From: Zygnema circumcarinatum SAG 698-1b
Lineage: Eukaryota; Plantae; Zygnematophyceae
Assembly (NCBI GenBank): GCA_037447605.1
Contig: CM074810.1
Span: 3,754,880 to 3,818,879, forward strand
Direction: 5' to 3'
DNA length: 64,000 bases
The stretch's first letter is position 1, and every line of letters begins with the position of its first letter. The notes beneath the pieces were generated by a model. It was not told the DNA's origin. It searched no databases and worked only from the letters and a program-made list of their open reading frames with translations. The position numbers and the translations under genes are program-made. This document shows, in pieces, positions 1 through 10,129 of this stretch.

Positions 1-187
1 AACAAGCATGCCTAGTTCATACCATCTGCATTATCTCTCCCCAAATCTCTCCTTAAAACCCTAAAAACCCTAAAAACCCTCGCACTCTCTTGCCCTCATT
101 TTGTTAAACACACTGAGCCATGTAATGCGCATTTTTCGTGCATTTTCTCGATGCAAAATTTGACATTCTAAGCACTTCCATACTTAC

Positions 188-1418
188 AGGTCGATCACAT
201 TCTTGCTTGCATCGCAGGTGACTCCCTTCCATTTGCAGTAATCCGTCCCTGCCTTCCACGTGCTCAGCGGGTACGCCGCCTTGTTGCTGAAGTAGGTCTT
301 GACGGCCAAGAGGGTGTCGCCTGCACCATCAAAACCACGAGGACGAATTTTGCAAAGCCATATTTGGGCTTCCAAAAAGCAATTCGTACAAATACGTACG
401 AAATGTCGTACATATGTACGGACGTATCGTACGTGTGCGCCTCACATCACGTCATGTGACGTCACGCCAGCCCTGAACCCTGATTCGAACAATTAAATCT
501 CAAAATTCGATGCGCATCCGTGAATACCGTACAAGCATCCTCCAGTACAGTACAGTACGAAAGTCGTACGGACGGCCCCGCCGTACCGCCATGACTCGCC
601 AACCCTGACCTAATTTGCCCATCCAGGCAGGTATACTCTAAAAATAGGACACTTTATGCGAACAGACTGCCAAAGCTTTCAGCATACCTGCTAGTTGATG
701 TTACGAATCGATGAAAATATGCTCTATATTGACTTTACATCTTTAAAAGTTAGAGGAGCTCTAATTTCTGAGCACCAATCCGTACACTCTCCCTCCACTT
801 AAACCCTGAACCCTAAACCCTAGATATTTCTTCCTCCTATCCATCTTTGAAACTCAACACTCCCTAAACCCTGAAGCCCTAAACTCCAAAACCCTCTCGT
901 ATCCCCTCTACATCTTCCACTCCTTCGCTTCTCTTCCCCCTCCCTCCTCATTCTCCCTTCAGTCGAGCTTCCCCCTGCCCCTCTCTCTCTCTCTCTTCCT
1001 CTCTCACTCTCCCCTCTCTCTCCTGCTCTCTCTCTCCTGCTCACTCTCTCTTTCCCCTCTCTGTTCCCCTCTCACTTCCCCTCTCTCTCTCCCTCTCTCT
1101 CCTACTCTCTCTCTCACTCTTTCCCCTCTCTCTTCCCCTCCCTGTCTCCCTCTCTTCCTCCTACTCTCTCGCTTTCCCCTCTCTTCTCTTCTTCTTCTTC
1201 TCTTCTTTTCTTTTCCTCTTTTTTTTCCGCCTCTCTCCCTCCCTCTCTCTTATCTCAAGTACAAGCTTCATATCCTCCGAAGATTCTTCCTTTGGACTCA
1301 CCATCGCTTGCTGCCACGTGGCCGATTTGCAAGCTGCCAGCTGTCAGCAGGAGGAACGCCGTCAGCACAATGGATGTCGGCTGGACGCGCCTGCGCAGGC
1401 CTCCTCTCCCCCCGCCAT
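188..1418 (-). CDS. 5' part of a secreted/receptor LRR protein (signal peptide + LRR N-terminal cap); continues beyond the window start
   Basis: Exon 1418-1302 encodes a hydrophobic signal-like stretch (RRVQPTSIVLTAFLLLTAGSLQIGHVAASD) and ends at GTGAG. Exon 320-188 (CAG acceptor, GTAAG donor, phase-compatible) gives GDTLLAVKTYFSNKAAYPLSTWKAGTDYCKWKGVTCDASKNVIDL, matching the plant LRR-NT pattern W..g.d.C.W.GVtC. The ATG at 1418 is one base out of frame across a G-run. Confidence 0.75.
381..590. promoter_or_regulatory. GTAC-rich island
   Basis: 11 GTAC tetramers counted in about 210 bp (e.g. CAGTACAGTACAGTACG, CCGTAC). Similar islands at about 1800-1940, 18650-18780, 34850-35030, 35951-36090 and 57580-57710. 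Confidence 0.45.
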
Positions 1419-2080
1419 GTCAGCCATCAGTTCTCACACCCCCCCCCCCACCTCTGAGCCGCCAGTTCAGTCACACGCAACAGCCATGGAACCCGACACC
1501 TGCCTCAGCCCGCTCACCGTGCGAGCGCCTCTACATTCTTTCCCTCCGCCATCACTCTTCCTCCTCTTCTCGCCCTATAGTCCTCTTTCCCTCTCTCCCT
1601 CTCTCTCCCTCTCCCTCTCTCCCTCCCTCCCTCCCGACTGTCCTCGCTGTAAAGGAGATGTTTACCGCGTGAGCCTTATCTGTTATCTCATCCCCCGCGC
1701 TTATTACCGGCACCGCCTGTTTGGCGCGTAGCGCGTTACGGTCCCTCGCGGTCTCGCGCGGTCCCGTTCGGGTCAACTCCCCGTGGTTCCTTTGCCGCCG
1801 GCCGTACGGAAATGATGGGCTTCTCTCCTCCACTAGGCCGTATTGCTACTTTGCTAGGCGCAACAAAAAGTCGGTGGTACGTGCTCGTCAGCACGAGTAC
1901 CACAGTACAGTATTACGACGGTACAGTACCACATTACGCAAAATCAAAGAGAAATCTGATGATGATTTGATGGCCTCGCCATCGTGAGATCAATACTGTA
2001 TGCCACTTCCCCTTTTTTGAAATCTAGGGGACAAAATCAAAGAGAAATCTTCCGGAAGGGGTAAACTCTACATAAAAGAT

Positions 2081-2891
2081 TTTCCGCACCTTTTTGAAAT
2101 CGATACACACCATTTTCTGTCGGGCAGATTTTATTTTACAATCCGCTTGGAGCGGAAGATCCGTCCGCCACGAGATCACTCGCGGGTGTGCGTCTTTCAC
2201 ACGTGCGGTGAATCTCCGCCGTCGATTCTCTCGCAGATCGCCTCACTCTAGATCACCGTCGGATCTGAAGGGCTCAGTCCCAGCGAATAGCACGTGCCCA
2301 CGTGTCCTTCCAAGCCTGATCGCATGTGCGAGTGTTTGCGAGTGAGTGGGTGATCTCCGCAAAATTATGAGCTGGACCGGCCAGCCTGAAGCGGCTCGCT
2401 TTTGTCAACTGACAGCCAATCACCAGGTGTTCTTTTTTATGACGTGGCAAATTTTGATTGGTTCAGACTCAATGCACGGTATTTCGCCTTTCCTCGAACG
2501 ACTTTTCTACGAATGCTCGTGCGCACGTGTGCGTGCCATTCGCTGGGACCGAGCTCGCCTGCAGATCCGAGGGAGATCTGCCGATGTGCGATCTGCGAGT
2601 GAATCGACGGTCGATATTCACCACACGTGTAAAGGACGGACACCCGCGAACGACCTAGTGTCGGACGGATCTTCCGCTCCAAGAGCTTGCTAACGCATAC
2701 AGAAAGTCTACAGCAGAGTGATTTTGTTGCAAAATAAAATCTTCCGGGCAGAAAAAGGTGTGTATCGATTCCATAAAGGTGTGAAACGAGCATTTTCCGT
2801 TTGTAATCCTTTTTTGTCTATTTTAAAATCTGCCCGGCGAAAAAAGGTCTGTGTCTAGACAAATGGGTGTGAATTTAGCACTACTGTACCC
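2081..2891. mobile_element. Non-autonomous foldback/TIR element, GG...CC family, copy A (left end truncated)
   Basis: Left arm (GAAATCGATACACACC...GGAAGATCCGTCCGCCACGAGATC...CCCAGCGAATAGCACG) is the reverse complement of the right arm (CGTGCCATTCGCTGGG...GGACGGATCTTCCG...GGTGTGTATCGATTCC). Homologous to 19409-20434 and 56447-57390. No coding capacity seen. Confidence 0.75.
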
Positions 2892-3287
2892 AAATATTAC
2901 AGTGGGTACGGTCCCTCTGACCGTTTGTTGTACGGACCACGGGATCCCGTCCGACGAGGTCACCGGCGGTTCGGTCCTGTCTGCGTGGCAGGCCAAAGCC
3001 CGGGTTTCGATCCAAGGTCCACGTGGAAGTTCACGATTCGTCCACGTGGACGATCGATTCGTGCACGTGAAAAAGTTAGCTATCCCATAGTCTACCCCTG
3101 GATCCAATAAGAATTTTGTGAACACGATTCGGAAATAGCCTGTTCAACTTTTAAAGGTTTGAAGTTCAACTCGAACACGAGTCCACATTGTCTCAATAGT
3201 TGTTCAACAACAAAATCGTTCAACGCTAGTGGTTATAGGAGCTAATAATTCTTTCTATTGAAAAAATATATATTCTCTAAATAATTA

Positions 3288-3430
3288 GGCAAATGCTAAT
3301 AACACACCTTTATATCTAGATACACACCTTTTTTTCGCCGGTTAGATTTTATTTTAGTTTTTATCTATTGGGCGTTGTTTTTTTTTAAAGGTGTGTATCT
3401 AGACAAAAAGGTGTGTAAATTGTAATTCCC
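3288..3430. mobile_element. 143-bp MITE made of the two termini of the GG...CC family
   Basis: Left GGCAAATGCTAATAACACACCTTTATATCTAGATACACACC versus right GGTGTGTATCTAGACAAAAAGGTGTGTAAATTGTAATTCCC (inverted). Flanked by the 8-bp direct repeat AATAATTA (3280-3287 and 3431-3438). Confidence 0.75.
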
Positions 3431-3485
3431 AATAATTATTGTCTTTTCGAAAATGTTCAACGGTCGCAACCGTACTGTCTCCTCG

Positions 3486-3850
3486 GGTCCTGGGTTCAGG
3501 GTTCGGGGTTCAGGGTTCGGGGTTCAGGGTTCGGGGTTCAGGGTTCAGGCTTCAGGGTTCGGGGTTCAGGGTTCAGGATTCAGGGTTCAGGGTTCATGGT
3601 TCAGGCTTGTTAACTTTACGCCAAGGGCAGTGTTGACGTAGCCCCTACTCCAGCTCGGGGATCAGGGCTCTCAGAGTGAGGGTTCAGGGTTAAGGCTTCC
3701 TGGCTCCGGGCTGAGGGTTCAGGGTCCAGGGTTGTTAACCTACGCCAAGGGTAGTGTTGCTGTAGCCCCTACTCCAGCTCAGGGTTCAGGGCTCTCGGAG
3801 TGAGGATTCAGGGTTTAGGCTTCTTGGCTCCAGGGTTGAGGCTTTAGTGT
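3486..3850 (+). repeat. TTCAGGG/TTCGGGG telomere-variant array followed by a 125-bp tandem duplication, upstream of SBDS
   Basis: Heptamer repeats at about 3490-3605. The unit starting GTTAAC...TACGCCAAGGG.AGTGTTG occurs at 3609 and again at 3734. Confidence 0.8.
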
Positions 3851-3862
3851 TGAGGGCCGGCC

Positions 3863-6472
3863 ATGTCGGTGAAGCAGCCGGTGGGGCAGAAGCGGCTGAC
3901 CAACATCGCGGTCGTGCGCGCGCGCCGAAACGGAAAGCGCTTTGAAGTCGCGTGCTACAAAAACAAAGTCATCTCGTGGCGCGCGGGCGTGTGAGTTGCC
4001 GCAGGGGGTCGGAGAGGGCTCGGGGCGTTTAGGGTTTAGGGGTGGTAAGGTTTAAGGTGTAGGGTTTAGGGTGTAGGGTCTAGGATTTAGGGTGTAGGGT
4101 CTAGAATTTAGGGTGTAGGGTTTAGGGCTTAGGGTGTAGGTAGGGTTTAGGGTGTAGGGGTTTGAGGGTTTAGGGGGTGAAGGGTTTAGGATTTAGGGGT
4201 TTAGGGTGTAAGGTTTAGGATTTAGGAGGTTTAGGGGTTTAGGGTGTAAGGTTTAGGATTTAGGGGGTTAGGGGTTTAGGGTTTAGGGTATTAGGGGACA
4301 TCACCCTCCTTTCATCGACTTCCTTTCTTTCGTTTTCCTTTCTGACTTTCTTTAATTTCTTGGATTTTTCATGTTCTCTTTCCAGAGAAAAGGACATTGA
4401 TGAGGTTCTGCAGACCCACACCGTATTCTCTAATGTTGGGAAGGGAACACTCGCCAAGTCGAAGGATTTGAAAGAAGCGTTCGGTACTGACGATGAAGAG
4501 ATAGTATGCCGAGAGGTCCCTCCCTCCCTCCCTCCCTCCCTCCCTCCCTCCCTCCCCCGCTCCCACGGGGGGGGTGAGACAAGGTATAGAGGGAGAGGGA
4601 GGGAGAGGGAGGAAGGGGCGGGAGGGGGAGGGAGTGTGGGGACTTCATCGGGTAAACATGGTGATGTTATTAAACATGTCTCGCCCAATTTTATTCCTTA
4701 TCATATCCGTGAGCGTTGTTCTTAGTTTTATCCTATGCGATGCAGATTCTGGATAAGGGGGAGTTCCAAGTCTCCGACAAGGAGAGGGAGCTGCAGGTCT
4801 CCAGTCAGTTCCGCGACATCGCCTCCCTTGTGGCGGAGAAGACCATCAATCCGCGCACGGAGAGGCCGTACACTCTCAGCATGGTCGAGCGCTTCATACG
4901 GGACGTGCACTTCTCGGTGGACCCGCACAGGAGCTCCAAGCAGCAGGTGAGGGAGGGAGGGAGGGGAGNNNNNNNNNNGGGAGGGGAGGGGAGGGAGGGA
5001 GGGGAGGAGGGGAGGGGACGGGTTTGTGACGAGGCTAGGAAGGAAGAGATATAATATGAGTTGAATGTATATGCTCGAACGAGTTATGATTGGGCACCCG
5101 CCAAAAAAAAACCTTAATATGAATACCCTGAGTTATTGTAGGCTTTGTCATTTATCCTCACCTTTTTAACTCTGCTTTTTGTCTGCAGGCACTTGAACTC
5201 ATACGAGACCTGCAGAAGCATTTCCCGATTGCTCGCGCCCGCATGGAACTCCGTTTAACGGTCCCTGCTTTTGAAGAAAGTCACGCACTCGCGCAACTGG
5301 CTGCATGGGACGCCGTTATTGAGTCGAGTGGGAGATCAGATACTCGTTTCTGGGTGGTAAGTGTCATAGAAACCCTAAAGATAAAGGAAATCTTAATTAT
5401 GAATAGAAGTACTAGGAACCTGTAGTCTTCATGAATCTTGAAAACTAAACACTGCCGAAAAACTAAAATTTGATTGAGACCATAAATGTTGTTTAGATGT
5501 ACAAATCTGTTAATGTTTTGATTTCCTGGTATGGAATGATGACAAAAATAATTGCCTTTTGGGGCCCCGCTGATTTGCCGAGAAGATGGCAAACTTGTCT
5601 CAAACTTTCTGACCATGCCATGGGTGCTCAAAGAGACGAACAGGAAAATGAGGGTAGAAAATGAAAAAAAAAAAAAAATAACTGGGATTGTGTGCAGGTT
5701 CTCAGGCACATGTATCTTTCCCTTTCTTTTATTTCTTCTCCTTTTTTTTCAAATTATGTTTTTTTTGCCATTGCAGGTATGTCAGTTAGAACCCGGAAAA
5801 TATCGAGATTGTGACGCATTCATCCAGGAATCTAGGGGCCGGCTGGAAGTGGTTTCTATGGCGGTTCAAAAGGATGGAGACTCCAGCTTTGATGACTTCG
5901 ACCAGGAGGAGAGTGAAGGGAGAGGAGAGAGAGGGGAGGGAGGAGAGAGGAGAGGGAGAGGAGAGGGAGCGGAGGCCCTGAACCCTTCCTTCCCTTCGCT
6001 AGCTTCATTAGCCGACTCTCTTGACATTGATGCTGGGAAGGGGAGAGGGAGAGGGAGAGGTGAGGGAGATGTGACTTCAGGGCAACTTGAAACGGGTAAC
6101 GGATTGAACAGCATGGAACTTCGAGAAAGTCAAGGCGCCATTATTGTTAGTGCTCCAAGTGGGCCATCCATGGCTGTTGGGAGTGGGAGTGGTAGAGGGA
6201 GTGGGAGTGGGAGAGGGAGTGGGAGTGGGAGAGGGAGTGGGAGAGGGAGTGGGAGTGGGAGAGGAGAGGGGCAGTCCAAGGAACAGAGATGTGGCACGTG
6301 TTGCGCGGGGTTTGGTGACCCGAAAGGGTTCAGGGAACACTTCAAGTCGGAGTGGCACAGACACAACTTGAAGAGGAAGCTCAAAAATTTGGGGCCCCTC
6401 TCTGCGGAGGACTGCGCTGTGGACCAAGACATTGCGGAAGTCATCAACGACTCGGACCAGTACAGTCGATGA
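3863..6472 (+). CDS. SBDS: Shwachman-Bodian-Diamond syndrome (SBDS/Sdo1) ribosome maturation factor with C-terminal C2H2 zinc finger
   Basis: Exons 3863-3990, 4386-4515, 4746-4946, 5189-5356, 5777-6472, all GT-AG and in phase. Motifs [60 protein letters not shown] and HFPIARARM; C-terminal C..C...[17 protein letters not shown] zinc finger as in plant SBDS. Confidence 0.95.
4028..4293 (+). repeat. Degenerate interstitial TTTAGGG telomere-like array in SBDS intron 1
   Basis: Successive TTTAGGG, TGTAGGG and TTTAGGA units fill most of the intron. Confidence 0.85.
4969..4978. other. Assembly gap (10 N); further gaps at 35131-35140, 43150-43159, 59794-59803 and 63281-63290
   Basis: N runs are visible in the sequence; each lies within a G- or C-rich purine/pyrimidine tract. 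Confidence 0.99.
5528..5619 (+). ncRNA. Intronic box C/D snoRNA candidate (SBDS intron 4)
   Basis: Terminal stem GGTATGG (5528-5534)/CCATGCC (5613-5619); box C ATGATGA (5536-5542) with canonical K-turn spacing; D' CTGA (5570-5573); C'-like GAGAAGA; box D CTGA (5609-5612). The guide TTGTCTCAAACTTT is complementary to the conserved 18S segment GAAGUUUGAGGCAA as I recall it. Confidence 0.75.
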
Positions 6473-7011
6473 TGCTTTTCTGTACATTTTGTGGTTTTTA
6501 GGGTTTTTAGGGTTTTAGGGTTTTAGGACCATATATTTCATGAGTTGCTCATGTTGGGGGTTTTAGGGTTTTTTATTTCGTAATGATTTCATCTTTTCCA
6601 AAAAGAAAATGCTTTTATTTCATATACGCATGTGCTTTCTCGATCATGCTCCATCTTCCATCGCTGGTGCAACTTTCAACGGTCACGATGCGTCCATCGC
6701 CGGCGTGCTCGTTTAACGGTTGGGATACACCCCCCTGGATGTGTTCGCCGATGGGCAAATCTGGACCATCAGATGCGACCGTGCCTTTGCATTCACATAA
6801 CAAACATCACGTTGCAACATGACGTGACAGGTGTCACACGAGCCCTCATAAGCCAATCTGTCCTTCGTTTCCAAGGGGGAAGCCCTTTTTTTTTTTTTAT
6901 AGAATTCTTGAACCCAAAATTTTAAGAATAAAGAAAGCAATAGCTCCTGATTGTTGTCAAAATCAATATGAACACATACAAGGTGACACGTCATCACTTG
7001 TTGCTGTGCCC

Positions 7012-7582
7012 CTATTCGCCCTTCTTCCGGGCTTGCCGTGCCCTGTGCCGGAGTTCGGCCTTCTTCCATTTGATCATCATCTCGGTGAGGGAAAACATCA
7101 TGTTGATCTGTTCAACAAAATCCAAAAAAGTGGATTCAACAGATCCTCTTGGAGCAACTGGTTAAAACCTTCACTTATATGACTTCTTGGATCAATCGTA
7201 GCGTTGATCAAGCAAAGTGTAGGATCATCAACACTCACTTTTTTGCAAGATCAACAAGTTCAATCGTGAGGTTTGTGACCTAATCTCATCGGCTGCATAA
7301 TGTGTGCAATGGTTGGTAAGAAGAGGAGTACCAAAGGTTGGAAAATTTTGGAAGAAAAAGGGAAAAGGAATGAGAAAGAGAAAGAGAAAGAGAGTGCCCG
7401 AAGGGGGGGAAGGTGAGTGAGAGTGAGAGAGCAAGGCAAGAAGGGGAGAGAGGGGAGACGGGAGAGGGGGGAGGGGGGGGAGAGCGGTAGAGGGGGACGA
7501 GGAGAGGAGGGAAAGGAGAGCGGCAAACAAGAGGAAAGGGAGTTAGGGGGAGGAGAGAGAGAGGGATAGAGAGAGCGAGAGC

Positions 7583-7613
<31 letters not shown>

Positions 7614-7642
7614 AGGGAGAGAGAGAGAGAGAGAGAGGGAGG

Positions 7643-7685
<43 letters not shown>

Positions 7686-8597
7686 CAAGAGAATTCCCGC
7701 ACCAGATTGACGACGGAGATGAGGAGGAGAGGGCCCGACCACATGATGGACAGGAACACTCCGTTCTCATCAAAGTAATTTTGCCGCGAAAAGTTTTGCC
7801 AGTTTCGGTGTCCCACTCCGTTCAGTATTTCCGCGATGTAAACTGAAAGCACTGCGATGGCAAACACATGGAACAGTTCTTTCACTTCACAGCACCACAC
7901 AGATACGACAAACGGAGAGGCTGTTTTCTCTCCGCCTCTCATCATATAGAAGGGGTTGAAAGGAAGAAAGAGAAGGAAGGAGAGCCCTTAAAACTCTAAA
8001 AAACCCCTTAAAAACCCTGAAAGCCAAACCCTAAACACTCTAGATAAGAGGTTGGAAGACTCACAAGAGAAGCAAAAAACACCAACTTGTGTGTTGGAAT
8101 TCTTTCTGAAGAGGAGGGAGAGTACGAGAATCAGGACGTGGAAACTAAGTAGGCCCCAAATCCAAGGCTCCTGCGAGCAAGACATTTCGAAAAGTAAGTC
8201 AAAAAGAGAGCATCTGCACATCAACAAAACTAATGAACTCTGTCAACGTCATCTATCTATGCTTGAAGCGCTTTAGATTTCTAGGGTCCTCGCGTTTTTA
8301 GTGTTTTAGAGCCTCTAGTCTTTTCGAATTTTCCAAAGTTTAGGGTTTTCCAGAATCTTTAGGGCTCTGCCAGGTCTTGGGTTTGCAGAAGTTTTAGGGT
8401 TTTGCAGATTATTTGGTGGTTGGCTTTGCGGGGGGGGTTCAGGGCCGCACGGTCCAGTCCACGGCGTGCACGAAGGCGAGGACGCCGTCCGTGATGCTGC
8501 GGCCCTCCGAAAACTCTTTCATCTTGCCCTGCAGCTCGGCCATGAGTCCCTCCACCGCGTCGCCAACCTCGCGGAAGGCGGATGCTAAGTCCTCCAT
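7012..8597 (-). CDS. TMEM18: Transmembrane protein 18 family
   Basis: Exons 8597-8451, 8170-8065, 7851-7703, 7107-7012 give ...[20 protein letters not shown]...[27 protein letters not shown]...[12 protein letters not shown], the TMEM18 signature. An alternative ATG lies at 8603. Confidence 0.9.
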
Positions 8598-10129
8598 CGG
8601 CATGGGATGGGAGAGGGTGAGGGAGAGGGAGAGGGAGAGGGAGAGGGAGAGGGAGAGGGAGAGGGAGAGGAAGAGGGAGAGGGAGAGAGAGAGGGAGAGG
8701 GAGAGGGAGAGGGAAAGGAAGGGAGGGGGAGAGGGGGGTTGGAAAGGGAAAGGCGGAGGGGGGTGGAGGGAGGGCTTCGAGGGAGGGGATGGATCGGAGA
8801 CAGTGGGAGAGGGAAAGGGAGAGGGAGAAGGAGAGGAAGAGGAAGAGGGAGAGGAGGGGAAATGTGGGATGCGGGAGAGGAGTGGGGCGGAGAGGGGTGA
8901 GCAATAGGAACGAAGGAAGGGGAGGCGCTGCTACTAAATTCCCTGGAGTGAAAATGGGAAGTGAATTGAGAGAGAATTGAGAGTCATAAATTGAGAGTCA
9001 TAAAGTTAACTCTCGATAATATCAGGGGACATAAGTCACATAACGTACAGCACTGTTAAAGTCGAACTTCGTAACTTTATTAGATGAGCACTTTATCAAG
9101 GGGCTAAGGCAGCCAGTGCTTGCACGATTTTACACATGTGACATTAAAGTAGGACCACAGCCTAGTTGCCTAAATTTCACAGCGAAGACAGAACTGCCAC
9201 GTGGACAAGTCACATGTGAGAAATGTCGAAAGTTTAGTTTCCTGTACGTCATTGTTACGTGTTACGGCCATTGGACCATAGAAACCGGGGATTGTGTAAC
9301 TTTATCGAGATTGCTTGATGAAGTCATGTTGTCATTATGGAGGTTCGATTGAATCCAAGGTAGCAGCTTTGATCAATTTTTGTATGCTCTCCTCCCTCTC
9401 TCTCTCCCCTCGGAACAAGAGGTGAATCTCTCTTTCTCTCTCTCTCTTCCTCTCTCTCCCCCCGGCCTCCTTGCCCTCCCGCCTTTGCTCTCCTCTCCAA
9501 TATGATCACTCCCGGAGCCTCTCCTTCCGTCTCTCTCTTTAAGAACTGCTTCTGCTCCCTCCCTCTCCCTCTCCCTCTCCCTCTCGCCTCCCTCCTTTCC
9601 CCCTCAGGCACTCCCCCCACACACTCTCCCTGCAGGAACGGATTCAGTCACCTTAAACATCCCAAAGTCCATAAAATCCAAAAAGATATAAGTAACCGTA
9701 TGATTTCCGGCACCCCTAATCGTACTCTAATTAGACATCTCACTCTGCATTTAGGGTTTGGAGAGTTGAAAGTGCTGCTAGGAAATAGGAGTTTAAAATA
9801 TGGAACGAGAGAGATAAGTATGGAAGCTGGAAGCCAAGATTTTGCGGTACGTGCTGTTTTCATTGTGGTTCTGATGAGAATTAGGGTGTTTGATTTCCGC
9901 AGAGGTAAGATTTTCCTGTGTGTTGAGGGTTAAGAGAGAGTGTGAGAGGGAGAGAAAGGGGGAGAGAATGAGAGGAAGATGAGAGAGGGAGAGGGAGAGG
10001 CAGAGGGAGGGGGGAAGGGAGAGGAAAGGAGGGAGAGGAACGAGAGTGAAAGGAGCGATAAAGGGAGAGGGGTGAGAGAGGGAGAGGGATAGAGGAGGTT
10101 ATTCAGGATTCCAAGTTTATTACGACTTC

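Noticed and set aside
6583-7000. Short ORFs between the SBDS and TMEM18 stop codons
   Set aside because: No homology recognised; best explained as overlapping 3' UTRs.
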